Below are positions 26,401 to 37,553 of a stretch of DNA of 64,000 bases, piece by piece. Every line of letters starts with the position of its first letter. Positions within the stretch are counted from its first letter, which is position 1. The notes below the pieces were generated by a model. The model saw only the letters and a program-made list of their open reading frames with translations, ran no database searches and was not told the DNA's origin. The position numbers and the translations under genes are program-made. The stretch comes from Zygnema circumcarinatum SAG 698-1b (taxonomy: Eukaryota; Plantae; Zygnematophyceae), in the NCBI GenBank assembly GCA_037447605.1, contig CM074809.1, positions 4,144,689 to 4,208,688 of the forward strand. The letters are read 5' to 3'.

Positions 26401-27758
26401 CCACGGCCTTGCAAGGGGAGGAAACGGAGAGTGTATTTCGCACACGACCTTCAACAAAAAAGGCAAAGCAAAAGCACCGCTTCTACGCAGGTACGCGCAC
26501 CTGTCTAGGCAATCATGTGCATTCAGGCGTTATAATCTGAATCGATAGTCAATACCTTAGTAGACATCGGCAAAGCGAACTCATCAAAATTGTCAGCAGT
26601 TAATATGCGACTTGAAAAACACGAGGAATCCACAGTTCATGCAGGTAACTCACCTCAGAAAACCAAGCCCAAACTGAATCACCCCTGCAAAGAATGTTGC
26701 TGTAATGACCAGATCAATGTAGTCTTGGTTCGGAATTTTCAGAGCTTTGCCTGTTTTCGGATTTATCTTTCCAGAAGGATCATTCACTGTGGCATTCATA
26801 TAGTTGGTGGCAAGGTTCCCGACGATAGTCGATACAACGGAAACGGGACCGACCGCAATATGCCTCGACGATCCGAAAACCGCGTAGAGTAAAGGAGGCG
26901 CGAAACTGGAATCTGCATCAACAACCTCCTTTCTCATTTAAAGTCCGAAACATCAACACTCCAATCACGTTTCATCATGCAAGTGGGACCCTCCCAAGCA
27001 TGCGCACTGTGCATTCTATGGGCCTTCATGTAAAAAAAATGAGAATATGGAGAAAATGAAAGCTCACATAGTCCATTGACAGGAGGCATGTAGGCCAATT
27101 TAGCATAAGCCAAGTCCTGCATGTCAAAGCAAGAGTCACACGACACAGAAGTGAATCCCTCTATCAGGCGGCTCCAACTCTGCTGATCGCATGCCGACTT
27201 GAACATTGATTAAAGCATCTGGGCATCATTCGCAATGCTGAGCCGAAACTCGATCCCAGGACAGTCATGTACCGTTGACATATAATTTACGAGTCTATCC
27301 TTACGTCTAATTCATTCTTCTGAATGGAAATTTACTTTGAAGTGGTGTAAGGACCAAAAATTCCACAAAAAAATCTTAATCACTGATCAATTTCACTCAG
27401 TTATAAGCAAATTCGACAATGAGACTCTTGCGCAAAGTACCTGTGGCACTGCCAGACTGGCAAGAGTGCACCCCCCAATCAAGTCGCCCATGATCCACTC
27501 GGGCTTGTACGTGGACAGTACTCCCAAAACAGGAAGCGCTGCGAAGAGCACAGCCTTCGTCTTCTCCCATGCTGACTTCTTTCTGTACCTTCTCAGGGCC
27601 TGGTCATCGTCCATCAGGAGCTCCCTCACCGGCCTGATCGCCTCCCTCAGCTCCTCCCTCACAGTGGTGGGTTGCAGGCGCACTCCCAGCGTGGACCCGC
27701 GCGACCCGCGGTCCAGCGCCTCGTGTCCCACGCCCATCGCAGTGCTGCGGTCCGCCAT
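23440..27758 (-). CDS. SULTR: Plant-type sulfate transporter (SLC26/SULTR) with STAS domain, copy b
   Basis: 14 exons: 27758-27441, 27116-27068, 26912-26654, 26352-26181, 25938-25873, 25739-25617, 25496-25350, 25201-25136, 25029-24969, 24875-24748, 24530-24489, 24335-23970, 23854-23756, 23640-23440. Same motifs and intron phases as copy a. Confidence 0.96.
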
Positions 27759-28191
27759 CCCCCCCCTCACCCCGCCCACGCGCCGCTGCTCCTTCCCCAC
27801 ACGCCAGAACACCTGTTCCCTCGCCCCTTCCTGCGCAGGGGAGGGAGGTAGGGAGGGCGGGCCTGCTCTCCCTCTGCGACTGCGACTGCGGGACTGTGAC
27901 GTGACGAATGCGTACGATGACGTCAGCAGGACGCCACGTGGCGCACAGGGGGCGGCGCCGACGGCGACGGCGGCCTTTGGCGCCGGCGCGGGGCCGATTA
28001 GCGCCCCCCGCCCGGCGGAGGAGTCGTCTCCAAAGACAGTACATCGCAAGAAGGTTTGGAACCAGCAGCCAGCCGTGGCCAGCAGATCACTGTATTGGTT
28101 TCGTGTTCTGCGCGCAATGGGCCGTCCCTTTCGGTATCTTGATTTGCCGTACCACTGGATCGCCATCCGTTGGCCAACCCGGCAATGGGCT

Positions 28192-28260
28192 GCAATGGTT
28201 GGCCGTCCAATGGTTGGTCTTCCAATGGTTGGCTGTCTAATGGTTGGCCGTCCAATGGTT
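28192..28260. repeat. Degenerate 15-bp tandem array with CCAATGGTTGG core, about 5 copies
   Basis: caatggttggccgtc / caatggttggtcttc / caatggttggctgtc units. The same core is scattered over about 28960-29250. Confidence 0.85.
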
Positions 28261-28339
28261 CAGAACCATCCGAATGGTTGTTTCGATCCGGCGCCATCCA
28301 ATGGTCCGGAAACATTCGAATGGTTGCAATTGAAAACAT

Positions 28340-28940
28340 GGAGAACTATGTACCGCCCCCTTTTTTGGTTATCCCGCCCTTGCTTTTTTGAAATCCCACT
28401 CTCCCATTTTGGCTATTCCGCCCCCTCCCATTTTGGCTATCCCCCCCATTTTGGATATTTCGGGAGAGGTTCTGCTCATTCTCTCTCGCTCCTTTGCTCT
28501 CCTCTGCTCTCTCCTGTAGTCTCTCTCTCCTCTGCTCTCACTCCTCTGCTCTCTCTCTCTCTCCTCTACACTCTCTCTCCTCGGCTCTCACTCTGCTCTC
28601 TCTCTCTCCTCATCTCTCCTCTGCTCTCTCTCTCTCTCCCCTACTCTCTCCTCTAGTCTCTCTCTCCTCTGCTCTCTCTCCTCTACTCATTCTCTCTCTC
28701 CTCTGCTCTTCAAGAGAGAGAGAGAGAGATCTCTCTCTCTCCTCTGCTCTGCTCGCTCTTTGCGAATGTCTTTACGGACGTTGCGCTAATGTGTGAGAAG
28801 GAGAAAGCAAGGGGGGAATGTCCAAAGTAGGGGGCGGAATGCCCCAAAATGGGAGGGGCGGAATATCCAAAATGGGAGAGTGGGATTTCAAAAAAAACAG
28901 GGGCGGGGTAACCAAAAAAAGGGGCGGTATATAGATCTCC
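28340..28940. mobile_element. Foldback-type element: about 120-bp imperfect inverted arms around a CT-rich minisatellite
   Basis: 28340-28460 (ggagaactatgtaccgccccc..gaaatcccactctcccattttgg) is the reverse complement of about 28815-28940. The centre is (CT)n/CTCTG low-complexity sequence. Confidence 0.75.
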
Positions 28941-29694
28941 GAAAACTTTTACCTGTGAACATTTACAGTGGCGTCCAATGGTTGGAGTTGTTGGAATGGG
29001 CGTGAATTGCCCCAATTGTTTCCAATTTGTTCCAACGATTGGACCAACCAATGACGAGTGCAATGGTTGGCAACCATTGCGATGGTTGGTACCATTCTCT
29101 ATGTGAATTCGAACTCACTTCATACTCTCGTCTCGCATGAGATGGCAGTGGCGAAAAGTATGAAATTTCCTAGCCAGTAGTTGGGACCATTTGCAATGGT
29201 TGGCAATCATTGAATGCAATGGTCCAAAATACTGGCAATGGTTGCGAATCAATTGCTCACAGGGCATGTAAAACACGCGAACATGTACACGTAAGCATAC
29301 ATGTGTATCGTAGCAGCATGTACAAGTTTTCGTTTTCCTTGTTGATATTTTTCTGCCCTTATTCATGCCTTACAACACATATGTATTGAAATACGATGAT
29401 TAATAATGATACAGTATGAAGGACAATGTTGTCAACACATATGATGTTTTTGGTGTTGTTTGCGGGAACACAGACATTTTTGCTGTATGAGCATTGATCC
29501 TAATGTGAAGATTTGCGTTTTCAAGAACCACACTGCTCTCGTCGACGACAACAACAACAACAACAACAACAATGGCGTGCCCGCATGTTTGCACTGAGCA
29601 AACGCCGCCTCCCCGTACGGTACGGTACGGTACCGCATTGAACAATGCAGGCAGGGCGGATTTTGGCTGACGGTCAGCCTGCAGTGCCTGCAGC

Positions 29695-29695
<1 letters not shown>

Positions 29696-29734
<39 letters not shown>
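29696..29734 (+). repeat. (CAG)13 repeat ending 2 nt before the citrate synthase ATG
   Basis: Direct count; the ATG is at 29737. Confidence 0.95.
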
Positions 29735-29736
<2 letters not shown>

Positions 29737-29737
<1 letters not shown>

Positions 29738-32700
29738 TGGCGTTCGCTACCACGAGAGCGCTTGTCGCCCAACTGCGAAAGTCCCGATCTTCATCAGTGC
29801 GTTCCTCTCATGGCCGCTTCTCTGCAGCTCATTCTCAACATGAATGAGCCTTCTTTAACTAGGTTTTATTCCTCCGCACCGCAGATCCTACAAGAGCTGA
29901 CACGCATTCGATGTTTCAGGAGTCAGAAACACCAAATGCTCATTCTTCATGCTATTAAATACCTACTGCTTAGCCGTGTTTGCATTTCAATTCTTGCCTT
30001 TGATTGACGCACCTTGTTTGTTCGCTTGAATACCTTTTTTGCAATATTCACAGGGTGTGAATGTTCGTCGTGTCTGATCTGTTCTCAGGCATGCTCAAAT
30101 ACTTACAGGAAAGGAACTTTACGCTTTGCGGTTTCACTTGTACTCTTTCCATGTTATATATCATTTTTAGTGTGACTGAATCTGCAGGGAAATCAGCTCA
30201 TTTGGCAGACTCAGAACGCCGCCAGTGGATGGATTCGAACGCTGACTACCGTACGCATAATAACCACCTCCATTTTACTCAATTTTACTCAAATGTTGTC
30301 TTTTTCGCCTGTGGGAAGACTCTATTTGGATTCTTGCCCCTGTGCGCCACTTTTGGAGGCAGGAAAAACTCGGGTGATCTGCAGGTGCAGTCAAAAAATG
30401 ACTTCATTGCTATAGCGATTGAAAGTTTCTGAAAGGTAGCGATTTTTCTTTATTAATATCTACATATGGGCCTTCGGAAGCGCAGGACCTTCATGGAAAA
30501 CTGACAGAGCTTATCCCCAAGGAGCAGGTTTGCCAATTTACTTCGTATCAGTTTGTCGACCTTTTTAACGTCAAGAACAGCATTGGGACCTGCAATACCT
30601 TGTCATTTGAATACACAAGGCAAATAGTTTAACAGCTCGTTTCAGCCTTGAAAATTAAACATTTACATCGATATGAAGCGGTAAAATATTCCTGACTTCG
30701 CTGCGGGCAACTGTTGAAATCTTCAGGAGCGCCTGAAGTCGATAAAGAAGAATTATGGCTCTGTCTCTCTGGGAGAGACGACTGTGGACATGGTATGGAT
30801 TTCTTAACCGTGTTCCACTTCTCCGTTTTTTTGCAAGGCTTCTACTATTAATGATTAAAACATGTGCGGCTTCTTTACCACCATACTCAACTTTGCCAAG
30901 GAAATGGTTTTGAAAGCGATGCTTTCTCTTGATAAGCTCCGCATTTGCTGGAGAATGGCCAGGCACTTGGAGGAATGCGTGGAATTAAGGGCATGCTTTG
31001 GGAGACATCCCTGCTTGACGCTGAGGAGGTGAGTCAGAAGGACGCCGATCTCACTTGTCGATTTTGAATAAGGATGCAGTCGGAAAATTGCTTTGCCAAG
31101 ACAAGGAGGCTTTGCTCTGTCAAGTTCGTTTTAAAGGGCTACCGCAGTGACCTTTACATAAAAAATATAGACTCGGAAAGTGAATTGATCCAGCTTGCAT
31201 TATTTTGGATGTATAGATGTTTTCGTCTTTCAGGCACTTGCGGGTAGGCTTGCCCTCCGCAGACAGTGCCCTTAAATTATGTGGATGTTTGAATCCTTCT
31301 TTCACAACCACGGAGCAAATTCTTTGACATCGAACCTAAGGAGCATTTTAAGTTTCTAGTAGCTCCCTTTTTTTTTTTGAAGCTGAGGTGATGAGTGCGA
31401 AGTGGAGATATGGCAGCGGAGGGGAAAATTGTGAACTCCTGCAGTAAGTTCAATGTTTTTTTCGGAGACTCCTCACAGATGTTACGGGTTCCTCGTGGAA
31501 AATTCTGAATGCTGAAAATTGTATCTCCAGGGTATTCGGTTTCGAGGGTTGTCAATTCCTGAATGTCAACAAAAGTTGCCAGCAGCAATGTCCGGTGGAG
31601 AGCCCATTCCCGAGGGTCTACTGTGGCTGCTCATCACAGGGGAGGTAACTGACATATGATTGCCAGAATGAGAAATGATTGGGCAGCTTTTTAAGTAGTT
31701 CATCTTCAATGTAACCATTTCATTTCTCTTCAAGGTGCAGATTTTGGAATGCCTAGTGAATAGTCTTTGCATGCAGGACATTATTGCATACTTCCTTCCT
31801 GAGAGTAACCGGTCAACTTAGTGAAAGGTTTATTCTTGTTTACTTGATCTTTCAGTTCTGAAGGGCCTGGAAACCGAAATTGTGGCAGCTCTCCAGAGTT
31901 GTCGCTCTTTGGACAGTGGCTGGTAAACATTGATTACTAAAGTAGTGCATTTTGGAAACTTTTTTAACATTATGTCGTAGATGAATGATGCTGATTGCAA
32001 CAGGTAGTTTTATTCTGCAGTGTGAAACACATATTTAGTGAATAATCAGTTTTATGCCATTTAGCTGCTGTTTACTTTTAGTGCTTGTGCATCCTGGTAG
32101 CAGATTCCAACAGCAGAGCAAGCCAAGAGTGTGACCAACGAGCTCAAGGACCGTTCCGGTATTCCAGGTGAACAATAACAGGGGAGCAAAGCCTTGTTAT
32201 GACGGGGATTGGCTTCAGTTAAGTGCAGTTATCTGGTCTGTCTCGTACTGTGCTCCTCCGCATGCTGATGTTGGGGGATAAATTCTTACTTTGAACCTGG
32301 GAAATAGGGCTACAAGCTAGCTGAAATATGTCCTGTATTTTTTACTTTTCTTAGCTCATGGTTATGCAGCGGAATGAAGAGTTTTTTGATCATATTTCTG
32401 CTGTAGCAATGCACCCGGGGGCAGCTGGTTCGTATAAAATAGAGACAAGGAGTGTATCCGGACTGTTTGTTCCTGTAAACTCTCGAGCTAGATAGTTTAA
32501 AGAACTCAGTCGGGTGCTTTGCAGATGGGTGGGCTGATTTGGCTGTGATTCCATCTCGCTGCTGTTTCTATTTCACAGATCACGTCTTCAAGGTTTTGAA
32601 GGCACTTCCAGATGACACGCATCCCATGACTCAGTTGACTACGGGCATTATGGCTTTGCAGGTTTGGTCCTTGTTTCACTTTTCTTTGCTGCTAGTATGT

Positions 32701-35700
32701 GGATCTGTTGGCAGTTAACCTTGGTCGGTGGCTCGTCTGCTCAATCGTCTCTTGCGGGTGACTCTACCGAAGGGAAGATAGTCTAAACTTTCAGTATGGA
32801 GCTCAAATTACTTCTTCAATGGGTGAATGAGTCGCTTTTTTTAATCGCTCGTAGTGGTATTTTCACGGCTGTTTTATTTTGGACGCACCCTTTATGTGTT
32901 TTGACTTCTTGTGTTTGTGGGCAGTCGAGGAGCAAGTTTGCCAAGGCGTACAGAGAAGGAGTTAGTAAGCTCAAGTGAGAAGCTCATCTTAATGACTCGT
33001 TTCTTCCTTATTGCCTTAACTTCCTGAAACAGTGAAAGATCTATGAGTGGATTACTTATTTGAAGAAGCTTAGTCTGCGCTTTTCAAATGAGGAATGAAG
33101 ATGATGAAATGAGGAATGGTTGGCATATCCTTTTACAGTTACTATGGAATTTGAGTTCCATCGTGAGTAATCATGGACCTGAGTCTATGAAATACAGTGC
33201 CTGGTTTATCTCACTGTGCTCATGAGTGCTAATGAATTCTGCAGATACTGGGAGCCAGTTTATGAGGACAGTATGGACCTCATCGCTGCTTTGCCAGAGC
33301 TTGCAGCCTTCATCTATAGAAGGTAGGGCTGCGCTACCGACGATAGTTTTATAAACGTGGTTAAATCGTATTTTTTTTCATGCTTCCTCACTTTTGTGGC
33401 TGCTCTTTCTGTTTCATCTGAAAGTGATGGCGAGCTGATTTCTGGAGTCTGTGAATTTTCTTGACATCTTTGTTGATATCAAGCACCTCCTTGAACAGGT
33501 CATACAGGGATGGGCAACATATTGAGTCTGATCCGAGCTTGGACTATGCAGCGAATTACGCCCACATGCTTGGTTTTTCTGACCCTGAATTTCACGAGTT
33601 AATGCGGCTTTATCTCACGATTCACGCGTATGTCACATCAAGAGCTTCCAACTACGCAGATGCCTGAAATTGAAGGGCCTTACCTGTAATCACTGATGCC
33701 AGCTATGGTAGTAGTGCACCATTTGGCGCACTGTCGTGGATTTGTAGTGTGGTGATCATTAATAGAATCTGAAAGTCAATGGTGTGTTAGGTCTCTTTGC
33801 AATCAAATATTTCCATTGCTTCAGTCAGTTACAGTTGAGTAAGCTTGTTCTTCAACTTCCACTGTGGTTTCTGATCAATTTGTGGAGTTTCGACGTGTAC
33901 AGAGATCACGAAGGTGGAAATGTTAGTGCTCACACTGTGCATTTGGTAAGTGCAGATCCAACAGCAAGTTAGTCAGATGTTGTGTTGTTTCTAAGAATCC
34001 AATCAGTGAATTTTCTGGTCAGCTTTTTGGTTCAGTCAAACTGTGTCCAAAGCCACTACTGATGTTTCGGCTCTTTCCTGATTGGCCTGTCTAGTTTTGT
34101 ACTGTTGCTACTCCTGCTTAAGTCAACATAAAAATCATGCTCATTTGAATGAAAGCCGTGTAGACATTTGAAACCTGGGAAAGCCCTCTCTGCAAGTAGG
34201 CAGGGGACACATCCTGTGACGTGGTACATGTAGTATGTCTGTTTTTTTGGTCGTGTTTGCAACAGTCCGTTGCCATCATCTTTATCTTTATCCTTTGGAA
34301 AGCATGATTGCCATAAGAACTTGCAAAGCTCATTTGAATGCGTCATTAAGCGCCTAATTGGCATTCTATGGGTTTGTATTAAGGTTGGGAGCGCATTGTC
34401 GGACCCGTATTTAAGCTTTGCGGCGGGCATGAATGGTCTTGCCGGCCCTCTTCACGGCCTAGCAAATCAGGTGTGTGTCAGCGAGGCCACGCGGACGTGA
34501 ACCTGTTGTGTCCACTGATAAAATGGCAGAGGATGAGGATTTTAGGTTAACCGAATACAAGCTGTAAACTAAGTCGCCCTCAGACTCAGATTTCAAAAAT
34601 ATTTGATTACTTGAACTTTGCAAGGTATGCTTTCCATGTTTCAGTGCTCTTACTTCAAAATCCACAAAACTAGCAACAAGACTTTACCGATTTAATGGAT
34701 TTGAAACATCGCATATGCACCGCACCAATACATGCCGTATCCATACCACACGGCGCTTTTTTTGTTGGTGGGACAGCGTTACTGAGCCGTGCTGGCATTC
34801 CTGTGTCTTGCTTCGTGTGACGTGCATTAGGAGGTCTTGCGGTGGCTGACTGACGTTAGTAAAGAAGTGGGGACGACGGTCAGCAATGATCAACTCGCTG
34901 ATTTTGTGACTAAGACTCTGAAGAGTGGAAAGGTAGGCCCTCAAGCTTTCATGCCCTTGGACTTTCTTGGGATGGCACCCTTCATCCCTTCGCAATTCCA
35001 GCCCTAGAACTCAAAGGATAGAGCAAGCGTGAAAACTGTCTTTTAAAACTATACTTGGAACATGGGGCCTCCCTTAGTTTTGAGTTTTTCGATTTCCAAT
35101 ACTCCCTGAATAAGCTCCTTGCTCGAAACAGCCCGACCTTCGACATGTGCGTGGTCTTCCCTAAGCTGGTTTTGTGTTACTTTCTTGTCATTGTCGTATT
35201 AACATTTAATTAGCATTTGTGCAGGTGGTCCCTGGATATGGTCATGCAGTACTTCGCAAGACGGACCCAAGATATACCTGCCAACGGGAATTTGCATTGA
35301 AGCATCTGCCGGACGACCCTATGTTCAAACTAGTGAGTGCCTTGTTCCTCCTATGTAGAATGATGTCATTATTGCTCTTCAAACCCGGATATGATGGACG
35401 GGACTGATCTCGCATGTTTCGCAGGTTTCCAAGATTTATGAAGTCGTACCTCCTATTCTTTTGGCCGGCGGCAAGGTAAGAAGCTAACAATTTTGTTCTG
35501 GTATGTTATTTTCCGTCACGACGGACAGTTATCATTTATGATGTTCTGAACTGAGGCTATTCTTGACCGTGCATTTGCATAATCTCTTACCAGTTTTGAA
35601 GTAAATGTAGACTATCTTTTAAATGTTTGATGAGTTACGAGATTAGAACCTTGTTTTTCAGGAAACCTGTAGTTGTAAATCTAGAAAACTGACTTGGATA

Positions 35701-36359
35701 GTGAGAAAAGCCATTGTCAAGAAGCACCTTTAAGACTACATCAGGCTAGCTCTGGTACCCGCAGTGCGGCCAAGCAGCTTAATCGGAGAGTGTGAGCATG
35801 ATGTGGGCTTTGGGAAATGTGTTCTGACCCTTTCATAAAAAAATCAAATGCCAGGTTAAGAATCCCTGGCCAAACGTGGATGCCCATAGTGGGGTGCTGC
35901 TGCAGTACTACGGTCTGACCCAGTCGGAGTAAGTTTACCGCCAGTAGTCAATGAGCTTCCGTGAATTTTCTATACATATAGCTATTGAAATGATTGTTAG
36001 CTATGTCAAACAACTTCATGCAAAGTCATGGTACACCTTTTGACAAACCGAATAGCTATGGTCTCAGCAATTAAGGCGTGGGTGGTGGTCCCTTGCAGCT
36101 ATTACACTGTCCTATTTGGTGTATCCCGGGCGATTGGAACTTTGTCTCAGGTGAGTCCTTTTGTTACGGGTTTCTTGCATATGTGTGAAATTTGTTGCAC
36201 TTGTGGCAAGGCTTCACTTGGGAAGGAGCTGAGAACCCTTATCTGTTCGGTGTGCAGCTCATTTGGGATCGTGCTCTTGGACTGCCCATTGAACGCCCCA
36301 AGAGCGTTACTTCGGCGTGGATCGAAGAGTATGCGCAGAAGAGCACGGTGGCAGCCTGA
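29737..36359 (+). CDS. CS: Mitochondrial citrate synthase
   Basis: Presequence-like first exon [20 protein letters not shown] (29737-29796). Later exons include 30486-30527, 30727-30792, 30963-31028, 31531-31644, 32104-32167, 32579-32661, 32925-32974, 33245-33322, 33499-33627, 33903-33945, 34384-34470, 34831-34932, 35225-35332, 35425-35475, 35855-35928, 36099-36150, 36258-36359. Motifs: [46 protein letters not shown]. Exons between 29797 and 30485 are uncertain. Confidence 0.97.
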
Positions 36360-36719
36360 GCCTGACCTCGTCGATGATTGGGAACGGGACGTGTGATCGT
36401 GGACACCCCTGCCTGAGGCTCGAGGCGCCTTTGCCCGAAGAAAGCGCAACATTCGCGTTGTTATGATTAGTGTACACATAGAGCTAGCCTCGGGGATCAA
36501 GGCATCTTGAAGGCTGCGACGCAATGTTTTGCGCAGACGCCTGGCTCGGCTGCTACTTCCTCGATTGGAAAGCAAAGGGAGACGGAAGTTAGGTGGTGCT
36601 GCGATAAAGTAATTACTTTTATATTCCTGGCTTGTGCTTGAGTGTGCTGCCGCTGCTTCTGCCATTGTGTTGAGAATAATAGGGCATTCAGACAAAAAAT
36701 TCATACGAGAAGTTGGCCA

Positions 36720-36910
36720 TAGGGGGGGCCAAACTTAGCGCGGAGCGTACAAAATTCTTGAACTCAGTAAACGAAAACTCACCTTTTTCGTGTACAAATT
36801 TCGGGTCGGGATCAGTGGCTCCGCCGACCCTAGCCGTCCCGAAATGCTTACCTAGCCAATGCGAAATACGCTCGGCAGGCTTACGAATTGATTTGGCCAT
36901 ACTTCCCCTA
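36720..36910. mobile_element. Diverged second copy of the MITE family seen at 9332-9526
   Basis: Internal homology (tttcgt.tac.aat..gtcgggatc..ggctccgccga..ccgaaatgc.tacctagccaatgc..ggcttacgaa) and TAGGGG...CCCCTA ends. Confidence 0.75.
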
Positions 36911-37553
36911 ATTAGTATTTATTTTGAAAAAGTTTACGAAATTATTCTTTTATCGGAACAGCGATGTCCCCACAGGAGTTGTTTTGGTATCAAACTTATG
37001 AAAAGGTCCTGATCAGTAATATTGACCATTTTTAAGTCTGACATGCCCAAATGGGGATGCGTGGTATGCGACAATGGGGACTGCCATTCCCTTGCCCCCA
37101 CATTCGTCAGTTTCCAATGATGGTCTTAGTGAAGCCGAGGCGTGCCTTGTTCGACGACTCGTCACGCGTGCACGACTGCATCTTGCGCGCTGCAGAGGGA
37201 GGGAGTGAGTGAGTGAATGAATGAACGGCGGTGCGTGGCGGCATAGTCGCGAAGTGAAGCGGGTGGACACCACTGGACAGGAAGTCGCTCGCGGGAAGTC
37301 GGAAATTTCGAGGCATGAGATGACGCGTGCCCTGCAGGGGGGGTAGTTCGTTAATGAGTGCGCGCAAGCGACGCTTCTCGCGTTCGGCATGGATTGCTCA
37401 TGGACAAGGCGTGGCTGCGTCATGCCAACCTTCAAACGTGAATACATGGATGCCCTGGGTGCTTTCGTTTTGGAGGAACTACAGTGAGTGTAGAGTAAGG
37501 GAGATCCAAATAACGGTAAGCAAATTCGGGTCGAAATTAGGGTTTCGGGAAGA

